Below are positions 19,421 through 29,835 of a DNA stretch of 64,000 nucleotides, in pieces. Within the stretch, counting starts at the first letter, position 1, and every line of letters starts with the position of its first letter. Made by a program: the position numbers and the translations under genes. This stretch comes from Candidatus Hikarchaeia archaeon HikBin5 (GTDB lineage: Archaea; Halobacteriota; Halobacteria; Halobacteriales; Hikarchaeaceae), in NCBI GenBank assembly GCA_009889625.1, contig WTZU01000002.1, positions 12,472 to 76,471 of the forward strand. The letters run 5' to 3'. Under the pieces are notes generated by a model. That model made no database searches, was not told the DNA's origin, and was given only the letters and a program-made list of their open reading frames with translations.

Positions 19421-20560
19421 TTAATCCCCGATTGTGGTTTCTTCGTAACGTGTATTATATTGACGTGCGGTGGTAACAAAAGTAGTACATTTTGAGAGTT
19501 GTTTGAGCTTCCTCGCCCCCACATAGGTGCAGGCACTTCGTATGCCTCCCAAAATGTCTTGGACTGTTTCTTTTACATTTCCTCGGTAGGGAACTAGAGC
19601 GGTCCGACCTTCGGAGGATCGATAATCTTTGAGCCCTCCAAAATGTTTCTCATTTGCGGTTTTAGAACTCATCCCATAGAATTCTATGAATTCTTTTTCA
19701 TGAACTACAGGGATGTAAGTATTAGTCTCTTCATTTAGTTGGTATTCACCGTCGCTGTAATACTTGGTAACTACATCCCCGCCGCCTTCATTATGGCCAG
19801 CTAGCATGCCGCCGATCATAACGAAATCTGCCCCCCCAGCAAAGGCTTTGACGACATCCCCGGGGAAAACGCAGCCACCATCTGCTATGATATGGCCATT
19901 TAATCCATGGGCTGCGTCGGCACATTCAATGACTGCAGAGAGTTGAGGGTAACCAACTCCAGTTTTGATTCGTGTGGTGCATACACTCCCAGGTCCAATC
20001 CCCACTTTAATTATGTCGGCCCCATTGAGGAGCAATTCTTGTGTTTGGTCTGCAGTGACTACATTTCCAGCTATAATTACTACATCAGAGTAAGCGTCAC
20101 GTAGAGATGAAATAAAATCAACAAAACGTTCAGAATAACCATTTGCCACATCTACGCAAACATATTTGAGATTAGTACCCACTGCCGTTTTGACAGAAAC
20201 AAATTTCTCAAGCTCTGGTTTCGTTATTCCAATGCTCATCGCCACAGAGTCTTTGAGATCGGGATGGGTGTTAAAGAAATCAATTAGTTCGTTGGCCCCA
20301 TAGGTTTTGATTAGGCAAGTGAAAAGTTGTTGCGAAGATAAGGCTTTTGCCATGGTAATGGTTCCAACCCCATCCATGTTTGCAGCCATAATTGGAATTC
20401 CATCATAATGTATATCAGTATTACGCACGCCAGTAGATAGGTAGTTTCGAAAACTGAAATTTCGTTTCAGATCAACTTTTTTTCGAGAGCCTAATGTGGA
20501 TCTCTTTGGACGGATTAAAACGTCTTCATATCCAAGTTTTGAATCAGTTTCAATACGCAT
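19421..20560 (-). CDS. guaC: GMP reductase (type 1)
   Basis: DVLIRPKRSTL.SR, AANMDGVGT, DVANGYSE.F, KVGIGPGSVCTTR, FYGMSS, YRSSEGR, CTYVGA. Confidence 0.95.
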   Translation of the reverse strand: MRIETDSKLGYEDVLIRPKRSTLGSRKKVDLKRNFSFRNYLSTGVRNTDIHYDGIPIMAANMDGVGTITMAKALSSQQLFTCLIKTYGANELIDFFNTHPDLKDSVAMSIGITKPELEKFVSVKTAVGTNLKYVCVDVANGYSERFVDFISSLRDAYSDVVIIAGNVVTADQTQELLLNGADIIKVGIGPGSVCTTRIKTGVGYPQLSAVIECADAAHGLNGHIIADGGCVFPGDVVKAFAGGADFVMIGGMLAGHNEGGGDVVTKYYSDGEYQLNEETNTYIPVVHEKEFIEFYGMSSKTANEKHFGGLKDYRSSEGRTALVPYRGNVKETVQDILGGIRSACTYVGARKLKQLSKCTTFVTTARQYNTRYEETTIGD

Positions 20561-20680
20561 GTGGAAATACCTCGGCGTGAATCTCAAGAATGCAGATATA
20601 ATGTTTTATGGAATACATATACCAGGATAAATTAAAGAAAGTGCAAGTATAACTCTACTGGTTCTATTGTGATATAGAAA

Positions 20681-20971
20681 CTAATTTTGTCGGTCTTCTA
20701 GTTCTGTCAATAGGTCATCTATGTGTACGCCTTTCATAGATAAGAGAACCAACAAATGATATACTAGGTCTGCTGCTTCGCAGATCAATTCTTTGTTATT
20801 GTTATTTTTCGCTGCCAAGATCAATTCGGTAGATTCCTCTCCTATTTTTTCTAATACTGCATTTTCACCTTTTTCATGGAGAAATAAAGAGGAGGTATAG
20901 GAATTTTCCGGGAGATCTACTTTGCGCTGTTCGATCACATTGAAAAGTTGATCTAGAACGGATTGTTTCAT
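20681..20971 (-). CDS. hisE: Phosphoribosyl-ATP pyrophosphatase
   Basis: SYT.SL, LEKIGEE.TE..LAAK, EAADLVYHLLVLL. Confidence 0.94.
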   Translation of the reverse strand: MKQSVLDQLFNVIEQRKVDLPENSYTSSLFLHEKGENAVLEKIGEESTELILAAKNNNNKELICEAADLVYHLLVLLSMKGVHIDDLLTELEDRQN

Positions 20972-21021
20972 GGGCCTGATGAGAATATTCATTCAAAATA
21001 TAATAGATTTTGGAAAATACC

Positions 21022-21645
21022 TTATTGATTGTTTTTTGAATTGGGAGTTGGATTTTCAAAGAATGCTAGATTGTGAATTCGCAAATCTAGAGTTAATTCG
21101 GGGTGGAAGGAAGTCCCCAATATATTGTCTTGACGGATGGCAACGGGTTTTCCTTCATACTCTGCCAGGATTTCTATATTTGGAGATACCTTTTCTACGG
21201 CAGGTGCACGTATGAAAACGGCAGGGAAGGGATCGTCAAGACCAATCACATTTAAATTGGTTTCTAAGCTATCGATTTGTCTGCCGAAAGCGTTGCGATT
21301 GATCGTTACATCCAACAAGTCTAGGGTTTTAACACGGGAGTCATTGGCATTGGAAGATGAGACTATCAATCCGGCACAAGTGACGAGTAGAGGTTTTCCA
21401 GACTGAGCATATGAAATGATTTCTGAATAAATCCCAGTTTGGTTAATGAGCCGAGATATGGTTGTTGATTCCCCACCAGGAATTGCTAAAAAATCACATT
21501 TTGGTATGATTCCTGTTTGTCTGATCGAGAATGTTTCAATAGAGACATTATGATATATTCCAAGTCTAGAAATTGCATCCATATGTTCACTCACATCTCC
21601 TTGGACACCGATTACGCCTGCAACTAGATTTTGTGAAGATGGCAT
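21022..21645 (-). CDS. pdxT: PLP synthase glutaminase subunit
   Basis: VQGDV.EH, IPGGESTT, TCAG, RNAFGRQ, FIRAP, SFHPEL. Confidence 0.95.
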   Translation of the reverse strand: MPSSQNLVAGVIGVQGDVSEHMDAISRLGIYHNVSIETFSIRQTGIIPKCDFLAIPGGESTTISRLINQTGIYSEIISYAQSGKPLLVTCAGLIVSSSNANDSRVKTLDLLDVTINRNAFGRQIDSLETNLNVIGLDDPFPAVFIRAPAVEKVSPNIEILAEYEGKPVAIRQDNILGTSFHPELTLDLRIHNLAFFENPTPNSKNNQ

Positions 21646-21681
21646 TGAAGATTAATTAGTATTGAGGGCCACATATAGGGA

Positions 21682-21843
21682 TTAAATTGTCCAATTGAGT
21701 ACTAAGATCCCAAGACCAAATATGATACAAATTGCTAGTGCGGTTTTTGGATCCATTGTGATCGCTGTTTTGGATTCTGCGTCGAAATAGCGGACCAATC
21801 CTGCGCTCGACTGGAGTCCACCTGAGCTTTTTTGCTTTTTCAT
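21682..21843 (-). CDS. secG: Preprotein translocase subunit Sec61beta (not in ORF track)
   Basis: Manual translation, 53 aa: [63 protein letters not shown] + one TM helix. Confidence 0.93.
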   Translation of the reverse strand: MKKQKSSGGLQSSAGLVRYFDAESKTAITMDPKTALAICIIFGLGILVLNWTI

Positions 21844-21955
21844 ACACATTCATTGGATTCAACTAGCCTAAATCTTTCGGGATGTGTGAATGCTTGACTT
21901 GAATCAGTGGGAAATCCTTATTCGGAGTGGGTGCATTAGCCAAAGGTAGGTAAAA

Positions 21956-22225
21956 ATGACTATAACTGTAAAAGATTTCTACGCTGATTGGTGTGGCCCA
22001 TGTAAAATGCAAGATCCTATTTTAGAAGAGTTAGAGAAGGAATGGGAAGGCAAGGTTATTTTCGAGAAAATCGATGTAGATACTAATCAAGATATTGCCA
22101 ATAAGTACCAAGTGAGATCGATACCAACTATTGTTATAGAAGATGAAGGAGGAGTAATCTCAAGGTTCGTTGGAGTTACTCAAAAAGAAGATTTGTCAAG
22201 TGTTTTTGAACAGAACAGTAATTGA
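21956..22225 (+). CDS. trxA: Thioredoxin
   Basis: DFYADWCGPCK, VRSIPT. Confidence 0.95.
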   Translation: MTITVKDFYADWCGPCKMQDPILEELEKEWEGKVIFEKIDVDTNQDIANKYQVRSIPTIVIEDEGGVISRFVGVTQKEDLSSVFEQNSN

Positions 22226-22235
22226 ACACAAAAAA

Positions 22236-22910
22236 TTACTTGAATTCTACGCCTAGATCTTTCAGATCTTTATTTGATTTGGAGATATTAATCAGGGTAG
22301 GGGTGATGCCCTCTACCTCTGCAGAATTTTCAAGCGCGCCGGCATCTATGGCTCGCAAGCCATTGATTTCATTAGATATCTCGATGACGATCTGTTTTGC
22401 AGAGGCATCATCTCCAACAACGAGTGTGTCAAAATTCAAAGGGTCGTCGAGATTAGATAGTCGGTGGGCAGGGAGTGTATGATATGCCCCAATTAGAGGG
22501 ACCCCATCTGGAGAAGCATCTGCTGCATATTCTGTGACGCTTCGACTAGAAGGAGGAGGAGAAGAATAGAAATTCCCAGCTTCACTTCGTTTTAAGCCGA
22601 CTGCGGGACTGACTATGATAGAAGTAGGAGAGATGGCAGATTCTATCGATTTGATGGTATCTACAATATAATAAGGAGGTACTGAAAGGACAATTATATC
22701 GGCCCCTTCAGTCATTTCACTATTTCCCCCTCCAAGAACAGTTCGTTCTTTTCCACGTTGGGAAAGTTCGGACTCATACTTTGCCGCGCTATCAATTCCT
22801 TTCTGAGGGTCTCGAGATCCTATTCGGATTTCATGATCAGTATCATGGGCCCATCTGAGTGCCAATCCTTCTCCAATATCTCCAGTTCCACCTATTAATG
22901 TGATGATCAT
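22236..22910 (-). CDS. npdG: NADPH-dependent F420 reductase
   Basis: IGGTGDIGEGLA.RW, IGSR, G.L.N...VE..TP.LIN. Confidence 0.92.
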   Translation of the reverse strand: MIITLIGGTGDIGEGLALRWAHDTDHEIRIGSRDPQKGIDSAAKYESELSQRGKERTVLGGGNSEMTEGADIIVLSVPPYYIVDTIKSIESAISPTSIIVSPAVGLKRSEAGNFYSSPPPSSRSVTEYAADASPDGVPLIGAYHTLPAHRLSNLDDPLNFDTLVVGDDASAKQIVIEISNEINGLRAIDAGALENSAEVEGITPTLINISKSNKDLKDLGVEFK

Positions 22911-22979
22911 ATTATTGCTAAAAAGGTGGAGAATATGGACCCACCGGTTTTAATTTGGCCCATATAGGCAAGATGTGAG

Positions 22980-23840
22980 CTAAAAATCTAGCAGAACCTC
23001 GGGCAAATGGTTAATATCTGGAATGACTATGTCTGCTCCATTTTCTTTAAATAATTTTGTTCCAGATTTTCCAGATAGCCCACCAGTTAAAACTCCAATG
23101 GAATGGTAATTTTTAGAAGGATCGACTTTTTTTGCATTGGCTACTGTTTTGATATCATCGATTGTGTCGCCTACGAAAACTATCGAGGAGGAATCGAATG
23201 TTTTGGCTAGAGAGAGGAGCCCTTCTGGAGAGGGTTTTTTAGAAGGAGAATTTTCCATTGCCATTATATGGTTAGAAGGAATTTCGATGGACATATTATT
23301 GAGAACCATATCGACTTCAAAGAGAGGCCTACCGGTCAAAATTCCAACATTGAATTGATTCAAGAGTTTTTCAATTGTATAGGGTGCGATTATAATTTCT
23401 TCAGATAGATGGTAGCCAGGTACGTCAATGATGGGATGCTGTTGGAAACATTCTAAGAATTTATCTTTACCCAAATAGAGAGATTGGAACATGGCCCTTA
23501 CAGTGTGGGGATCCCACTCATCCTCTGCGTCGGACCCTATAGCCTCAGAAATGAGATTTTTAGTAACTGCAAGCCCACCTCCATTTTCTCCTATTTCATG
23601 GATTAAAGAAAGGAGGTCTCCAGGATAGCCATGGCGTATCGCTATAGTACACAGTATTCCCGCATCAGTTAATTCCCAATCGTTGTTAAATCCACCAGCA
23701 TTCTTCAATAATTGGATCCCATCAGGTGGGAATTCTTCACCGCTGAGGCTTTCGATGGTATCTGCAATGGCACGTCGGTATGATTCTGAGACATCCACTA
23801 GGACTCCATCTATATCTAGGATGACAGAATCTATCTGCAT
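22980..23840 (-). CDS. HAD-superfamily hydrolase (TIGR01548-like)
   Basis: DIDGVLVDV..SYR.AI, K.AGGFNNDW, LTGRP, KP.P, VGDT.DD. Confidence 0.88.
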   Translation of the reverse strand: MQIDSVILDIDGVLVDVSESYRRAIADTIESLSGEEFPPDGIQLLKNAGGFNNDWELTDAGILCTIAIRHGYPGDLLSLIHEIGENGGGLAVTKNLISEAIGSDAEDEWDPHTVRAMFQSLYLGKDKFLECFQQHPIIDVPGYHLSEEIIIAPYTIEKLLNQFNVGILTGRPLFEVDMVLNNMSIEIPSNHIMAMENSPSKKPSPEGLLSLAKTFDSSSIVFVGDTIDDIKTVANAKKVDPSKNYHSIGVLTGGLSGKSGTKLFKENGADIVIPDINHLPEVLLDF

Positions 23841-23882
23841 AATTATACAGATGTCACTTACAGATGTAAGAGTTTTTGATTT

Positions 23883-24269
23883 TTAATTAATTGCCCAATA
23901 GATAGTTTCTCCAGGGATTGTTTCAATTTGAACAGGTATTTCTGGAAAATCGTTTCCCAAAGTGGTAAAGAGGCATTTTGATCCAACTTTGGAAGCGACA
24001 TTAAAAAGTGGTTGGTGCAATTCTGGAGGGAGATTTAATGCATAGATAATTTCAGTATTAGAGTAAATTTCTAGAGTCGGATTGCATATATCATCGATGA
24101 AAAACTGAATTTTCTCGGAGACCTCACATGGATATATGTCCGTGGCGAATACAATCCTATTCTTAGAGAGGGCGTGGGCCACATCCATTCGAGAACCGAT
24201 TCCAACTTCAAGTAAGTTATCAAAGGGGCTAAGAATATTAAATATAGAGGTCGTTGAATCGGGATTCAC
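23883..24269 (-). CDS. UPF0146 family protein
   Basis: EVGIG.R.DVA..L, ATDI, DD...P...IY, YALNLPPELH, FTTLG; GTG start chosen to avoid overlap with amzA. Confidence 0.82.
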   Translation of the reverse strand: MNPDSTTSIFNILSPFDNLLEVGIGSRMDVAHALSKNRIVFATDIYPCEVSEKIQFFIDDICNPTLEIYSNTEIIYALNLPPELHQPLFNVASKVGSKCLFTTLGNDFPEIPVQIETIPGETIYWAIN

Positions 24270-24308
24270 GTCGGGAAGTTTATCTCTGGGTGATAATATC
24301 TTCTTCGT

Positions 24309-24830
24309 ATGTTGGTCGAAATAATGCCCCTTGGGGATATGGAAGCTTCGATTAAGAGAGAAGTTTCTTCCGCTTTGAGGCATGTTTATGGGATGGAAAT
24401 TTCGTTCCAAGAGACAAGAGAAATGCCACAAATGTTATATGAAAAATCTAGGAGCCAGTATAGGGCAGAAGGACTTCTAGAATTCATTGCCCAGAATAAG
24501 AAAGCTGATAAAATCATAGGTGTGACTGAAGAGGACATATACTACACAGGGAGGAACTATGTGTTTGGTTTAGCATACCTAGGAGGGAGTGCGTGTGTAG
24601 TATCGACGTATAGGTTAGAAAAGGAAATTCAAAGGGAATTTTCTGATAAAACTGATAAAGAAGTATTCATAGAAAGGACGAGAAAAGAAGTAGTGCATGA
24701 AATTGGCCATACGCTAGGGTTAGAACATTGTAGCAATAATAGATGCGTGATGTCGTTTTCTCCTACAGTATTGGATGTAGATAAAAAAGAAGAATATCTT
24801 TGTGGGGCCTGTAGAAGGGAACTATACTGA
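24309..24830 (+). CDS. amzA: Archaemetzincin (M54 Zn metalloprotease)
   Basis: NYVFGLA, KEVVHEIGHTLGLEHC.N..CVM.FS, LC..C. Confidence 0.94.
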   Translation: MLVEIMPLGDMEASIKREVSSALRHVYGMEISFQETREMPQMLYEKSRSQYRAEGLLEFIAQNKKADKIIGVTEEDIYYTGRNYVFGLAYLGGSACVVSTYRLEKEIQREFSDKTDKEVFIERTRKEVVHEIGHTLGLEHCSNNRCVMSFSPTVLDVDKKEEYLCGACRRELY

Positions 24831-24844
24831 ACGGAAAAGAAGTA

Positions 24845-26677
24845 TCAGTCAGGGGGCAAATAGTAATATTCTCCAGATTTTATTTGTTCTTTATCTTTCT
24901 GACTACCTGGTTTATTGACACGTGGTCGTTTTGTCCGCTCATCTCTACGGAAAGTAATCCCAAGTTCAGATAGGAATTCATTCATTCCAGTTCTCATGTC
25001 ATTTGGTGTGCTACAAATTCCAAATTCAGAGGGAGTTCCGCTGAAAACCAAGAGTCGGTTGACTAAGAGATCCAACATATAAATATCGTGATCAATTACC
25101 AGTACTGACGCGCCAGTATGTTCGGCGAATCTTCGAATTACCCTAGTGGCTTGGGAGCGTTGTTCAACGTCTAAATGGGCAGATGGCTCATCTAGGAGGT
25201 AGAGATCCGCGCTGGCAGATAGACAAGCTGCTATTGCAACCCTCTGCCTTTCTCCTCCAGAGAGATCTGAAAGGTTTTGACTCATCAATTTGTCCAATTG
25301 TAATGGTAATGCTATTTCCGTATTCCAATATGAAGTGCCAAATTCAGAAGTTATATTGGCCAAATGAGTATCTACTCGAATTGGGTCTTCAAATTCCAGA
25401 TACTGAGGTTTGTAGGAAATGGAAATGCTAGAATCGGAGGAGAATGAATCGGATTTTTGTTCTCCTGCAAGGATATTTGCAAATGTTGATTTCCCAATTC
25501 CATTTGGCCCGACTACACCGAGAACTTCATGTTGGTTGATAGTACCAGGTTCGACTGTTAAAGAAAATCCGGTTTCATAGGTCATTTCAATGCGAGGATA
25601 AGATAAGAGAGAATCGGTGTCTATATTTGTTTTTGGAGCCCTTTGATCGAAAGTTATACTTTGTGGTCGAATGCGCATATTTTCGTTTTTCAGAAAACCA
25701 GCGAGATATTCATTAATACCACTTCGAGTGGATTTTATGTCGGTTATTACTCCAAATGCACCTGCGGAGCCATATGCGATATGAATGGAATCTGCTATTA
25801 AATCAAGGATAGCTAGATCGTGTTCGACAACTAGAATAGATCGGTTTTCAGAAGTGGCCATGTTTCGAATAACATTTGCAGCTGCTACTCGTTGCCGTAT
25901 GTCAAGATACGGAGTTATTTCATCTAAAAAATAGAAGTCCACATCCCGAGCCAATGTTGCAGAAAGTGCGACGCGTTGGAGTTCGCCTCCAGAGAGGGTT
26001 TTAATGTCATTATCTAGTATGGATTTAAGAGATAAATCTTCAACTAACCCTTCCAATGCCCCTCTTTCATCTACATTCTCTAGAAGATTTCGAGCGGTGC
26101 CTTCAAATGCCCGAGGGATGGACTCAACATATTGAGGTTTGTGGGCAACTCGGATTGATTTTTCCTGGAGTCGTTCTAGGTAGTTTTGGAGTGAAGTTCC
26201 TTTATAATTAGAAATCACTGATTCGAAGGTAGCAGGTAAGGAGTAATCCCCTAAATTGGGAATTATACTCCCAGAGAGGACCTGTATAGAAGTTGTTTTT
26301 CCAATTCCATTTGGCCCAAGTAGGCCAATGACATTTCCAGGTTTTGGGGCAGGCAATCCATACAAAACAAATGTATTTTCCCCATATCGATGGATAGGAG
26401 ATTCGTTGAGTTCACTAGGTAGATTTATAATTTCTATTGCATCGAAAGGGCACCTTTTGACACAAATACCGCATTTTTCACCCAAGCAGATATCTTCAGA
26501 TATCCGAATTTGGTCGGGCTTTCCAACAAAAAGATCATTTGATTCATAGAAATCCCCACGGGTGACTATGCAGTCTTTCCCAGTTCTATTGGGGGGACAA
26601 TAATTTGCACATTCGTAATTGCACCTATCGGGTTGACAATGGTCCAGATTAACAACTGCAATCGATTTTTTTACCAT
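24845..26677 (-). CDS. rli: Ribosome recycling ATPase ABCE1/Rli1
   Basis: N-terminal FeS domain (CQPDRC...C...CP; C....CGICV..CPF), two GPNGIGK Walker A, LSGGE signatures, RPRVNK.GS..D. Confidence 0.96.
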   Translation of the reverse strand: MVKKSIAVVNLDHCQPDRCNYECANYCPPNRTGKDCIVTRGDFYESNDLFVGKPDQIRISEDICLGEKCGICVKRCPFDAIEIINLPSELNESPIHRYGENTFVLYGLPAPKPGNVIGLLGPNGIGKTTSIQVLSGSIIPNLGDYSLPATFESVISNYKGTSLQNYLERLQEKSIRVAHKPQYVESIPRAFEGTARNLLENVDERGALEGLVEDLSLKSILDNDIKTLSGGELQRVALSATLARDVDFYFLDEITPYLDIRQRVAAANVIRNMATSENRSILVVEHDLAILDLIADSIHIAYGSAGAFGVITDIKSTRSGINEYLAGFLKNENMRIRPQSITFDQRAPKTNIDTDSLLSYPRIEMTYETGFSLTVEPGTINQHEVLGVVGPNGIGKSTFANILAGEQKSDSFSSDSSISISYKPQYLEFEDPIRVDTHLANITSEFGTSYWNTEIALPLQLDKLMSQNLSDLSGGERQRVAIAACLSASADLYLLDEPSAHLDVEQRSQATRVIRRFAEHTGASVLVIDHDIYMLDLLVNRLLVFSGTPSEFGICSTPNDMRTGMNEFLSELGITFRRDERTKRPRVNKPGSQKDKEQIKSGEYYYLPPD

Positions 26678-26679
26678 GA

Positions 26680-26976
26680 TTAAAATGAGACATTAGCAGT
26701 TAGTAGGAGAGTCCAAGTAACAAACCACATTGTAAATGTCATGAAGGATACATAGAAATGATCTTTTTTCGAGAATCCCGAAACATCTACTCCAATTAAT
26801 TGCATAATGCCTAGTCCCAAAATTAAACTGGTGATTAATAGGGGCAAGATAGTTAAAATATCAGATGGCCCACTAGAAAATATATGAGTAACTACAGCTG
26901 CAGCTATTCCTACAATTGTAGAAGTCCCTGTTGCTCGAAGGCTTCGGATGTGCGCTGCACGTTTCGAAAGTGTCAT
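26680..26976 (-). CDS. Small membrane protein (EMC6-like, usually upstream of archaeal ABCE1)
   Basis: Three hydrophobic segments; F..KD..YV.FMTF..WFVTW..LLT. Confidence 0.78.
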   Translation of the reverse strand: MTLSKRAAHIRSLRATGTSTIVGIAAAVVTHIFSSGPSDILTILPLLITSLILGLGIMQLIGVDVSGFSKKDHFYVSFMTFTMWFVTWTLLLTANVSF

Positions 26977-27090
26977 TAATTATTTGAGGAGTGGACTAGT
27001 AAAAGACCCTTTTTATTATAAAATCAAAGGTCTGAGCAAGGAGAGAAACGGTCTGTTTATTGAAAGGAGAGAACAGCTATAGAGTATTAG

Positions 27091-28599
27091 ATGGTTGAAA
27101 ATAATCAGGAACGGGAAAATGAAAAATCTGTTGTGCTAGTGACAGGCGCCACGGGGTACATAGGAGGGAGACTTATAACGGCAATAGATAGCTCGAAATT
27201 TGATATTCGGTGTCTAGTGAGAAATCCAGATTATATTGAGAAGGGGATGATTGAAGATGTAGAGATATATCAAGGCGATATTTTAGATAAAGAATCACTC
27301 ATCCAGGCAATGGAGGGAGTAGATATTGCATATTATTTAGTTCATTCAATGGGGGGTGAAAGGGAAGATGATTTTGAAGAGATAGACAGAGTTGGTGCGA
27401 CTAATTTTATTGAATGTGCAGATGCGATGGGAATTAAGAAAATAGTTTATTTTGGAGGCCTAGGTGGAAATAATTCGAAGTTATCTCCCCATTTAAGAAG
27501 TAGGCACGAAGTTGGAGAAATATTTAGAACGGGGAGGGCCCAAATTATTGAATTACAAGCTTCGATAGTAATTGGTTCGGGGAGCATATCATTTGAAATG
27601 ATTCGGGCATTAGTTGAGAAATTACCAATCATGATAACACCTCGGTGGGTGGCCACACAGGCTCAACCTATAGCTATCGAAGATGTGTTGCAGTATCTAA
27701 AAAAATCGAGTGAGATCGAATTCAAAAGCAACCAAATTTTTCAGATTGGAGGGGCGGATGTGGTATCTTATGGAAAATTAATGGAAGAATACGCCGAACA
27801 ACGAAAACTGAAGAGAATAATGATAAAGGTACCAATCCTCACTCCACGGTTATCTAGTCTATGGCTAGGGTTGATAACTCCAGTTTATGCGCGGATCGGG
27901 AGAAAATTAGTAGACAGTTTGAGGAATACGAGTGTTGTGGAGAATGGAATTGCAGAAAATGTTTTTGCGATTCAGCCAATGGGAATAAAAGAAGCCATAT
28001 CGAGTGCAATGGTAAACGAAGATCGAGAGTTTGCTCAGACTAGGTGGTCTGATTCAGTTTCATCTTCGGGTTTGGACAGGAGGAACAATGGGGAATTCCA
28101 TGGATCTAGGGTTGTAGAGGTGAGAATGGAAAGAACCCATGTTTCTCCAGAGAGGGCATTTTATCCTGTGAAAGTGATTGGAGGAGAGAATGGTTGGTAC
28201 TATGCGAATTGGTTATGGAAAATGAGAGCATCCATAGACTTACTTGTTGGAGGGATAGGTATCAGACGGGGGAGGAAAAATCCATTTGATTTTGCAGTGG
28301 GAGAGACCGTGGACTGGTGGAGAGTGGAATCCTATGAAGAGGATAAACGGGTTAGATTTAGAGGCGAATTCAAACTTCCAGGTCGCGCATGGCTTGAATT
28401 TGAAGTAGAGAAGGAAGGGAGAGGATCGATTATACGGCAAACGGTGGAATTTGATCCAAAGGGCATATCCGGATTGTTGTACTGGTATGCACTACTACCA
28501 ATACATAGAATGATTTTCAAACGTATGTTGAAGAAGATTGCAGAGGAAGCAGAAGGAGAAGATGATAGAAAAAAGAGTAGCCTTATACAGAATGAGTAA
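27091..28599 (+). CDS. NAD(P)-binding SDR-like protein with C-terminal DUF2867 (YbjT-like)
   Basis: VTGATGYIGGRL, YYLVHSM, S.HLRSR.EV, IGSGS.SFE, IGG..GWY, KLPG.AWLEF, G.LYWY. Confidence 0.88.
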   Translation: MVENNQERENEKSVVLVTGATGYIGGRLITAIDSSKFDIRCLVRNPDYIEKGMIEDVEIYQGDILDKESLIQAMEGVDIAYYLVHSMGGEREDDFEEIDRVGATNFIECADAMGIKKIVYFGGLGGNNSKLSPHLRSRHEVGEIFRTGRAQIIELQASIVIGSGSISFEMIRALVEKLPIMITPRWVATQAQPIAIEDVLQYLKKSSEIEFKSNQIFQIGGADVVSYGKLMEEYAEQRKLKRIMIKVPILTPRLSSLWLGLITPVYARIGRKLVDSLRNTSVVENGIAENVFAIQPMGIKEAISSAMVNEDREFAQTRWSDSVSSSGLDRRNNGEFHGSRVVEVRMERTHVSPERAFYPVKVIGGENGWYYANWLWKMRASIDLLVGGIGIRRGRKNPFDFAVGETVDWWRVESYEEDKRVRFRGEFKLPGRAWLEFEVEKEGRGSIIRQTVEFDPKGISGLLYWYALLPIHRMIFKRMLKKIAEEAEGEDDRKKSSLIQNE

Positions 28600-29701
28600 C
28601 TTTACGCATGATATCTATGGCTTTTTCTAGTTGAGTTGAATCTACAGTATATGCTATACGTGCACTTCCAGACCCTGAAGCTCCAAATGAACTTCCAGGG
28701 ACAACTATTACACCCTGATCAAGAACATTTTCTACCCACCCAGGAGGAACTGAAGGAAAAGCATAAAAAGCACCTTTAGGCAAGGGTACATCCAATCCCA
28801 TGTCGATTAGACCATCTACAAGGACATCGCGTCTTTGTTTAAATGTATTGACCATTTCGAAAAGGCCATCTTGAGGCCCAGATAGGGCTGCCAACGCCGC
28901 GTGTTGAGACACGGCACTAGCGCAGGCTTGGGCATATTGATGAATTCGAAGCATTTTATCAATTCGTTCGTGAGAACCGGCGACCCAGCCTAATCTCCAT
29001 CCGGTCATGGAGTAAGACTTAGAACAAGTATTGACAATCAAAACATTATTACATTTTGAAAATTCCATAGGAGACCTATGCGATCCTTCAAACACAAAAT
29101 GTTCATAAACTTCATCGGAGATGCAAAGGATATCGTAATCATCTGCAATTCTAGCAAATTCTTTCATATCAGCTTTTGATTGGACGCCTCCCGTGGGATT
29201 TCCAGGGGAATTAACAATAAAAGCGGCCACTCCTTCTGAAATAGAACTTTCTATAGAAGCAGGATCCATTGTTAAATCGTCGCGTAATTTGATAGGTACA
29301 GGAATACCACCAGATATATGGGTAAGTGCACGATAAGAAACAAACCCAGGATCGGGGATCAAGACTTTTTCACCGGGGTTCACATGGGCCTCTATAGCCA
29401 AGTGTAATGCCTCACTCCCACCAGCAGTGGCAATTATATTATCGGGGGAAATATCAAGAGAATTATCACGGGAATGCTTCTGTGAGATTGCACGTCTAAG
29501 GCTCAAAATTCCACTATTAGGAGTATACCTATCAGAATTGCCGTTTTGTATTGAATGAATTGCGGCGTCCCTTATATGGGAAGGAGTGGGGAAATCGGGT
29601 TGTCCAAGGCCTAGATTTATCGCATTGGGCCCTGCGGCATCGAACACTTTTCGGATACCACTGATAGAAACTGAATCTATCCGGGTGGCGAAATTTGTCA
29701 T
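28583..29701 (-). CDS. Class I/II PLP-dependent aminotransferase
   Basis: NLGLGQPDF.TP, NSP.NPTG, SDEVYE, SKSYSMTGWRLG, GAFY. Confidence 0.94.
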   Translation of the reverse strand: MTNFATRIDSVSISGIRKVFDAAGPNAINLGLGQPDFPTPSHIRDAAIHSIQNGNSDRYTPNSGILSLRRAISQKHSRDNSLDISPDNIIATAGGSEALHLAIEAHVNPGEKVLIPDPGFVSYRALTHISGGIPVPIKLRDDLTMDPASIESSISEGVAAFIVNSPGNPTGGVQSKADMKEFARIADDYDILCISDEVYEHFVFEGSHRSPMEFSKCNNVLIVNTCSKSYSMTGWRLGWVAGSHERIDKMLRIHQYAQACASAVSQHAALAALSGPQDGLFEMVNTFKQRRDVLVDGLIDMGLDVPLPKGAFYAFPSVPPGWVENVLDQGVIVVPGSSFGASGSGSARIAYTVDSTQLEKAIDIMRKVTHSV

Positions 29702-29835
29702 ATGGTAGATCATCCAGCCAGGGAGAATAAACGTTGAGATCGAAAGGCATCAAATGGGAATTATATATATAGCAACATGAGATACATAAAAAAGTAGTAT
29801 AAAATGCCAAAAGAAGAAGACTAAGGCTTGTCTGA

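Noticed and set aside
21656..21862. 68 aa ORF from the track
   Set aside because: Wrong frame; the real gene is Sec61beta at 21682..21843
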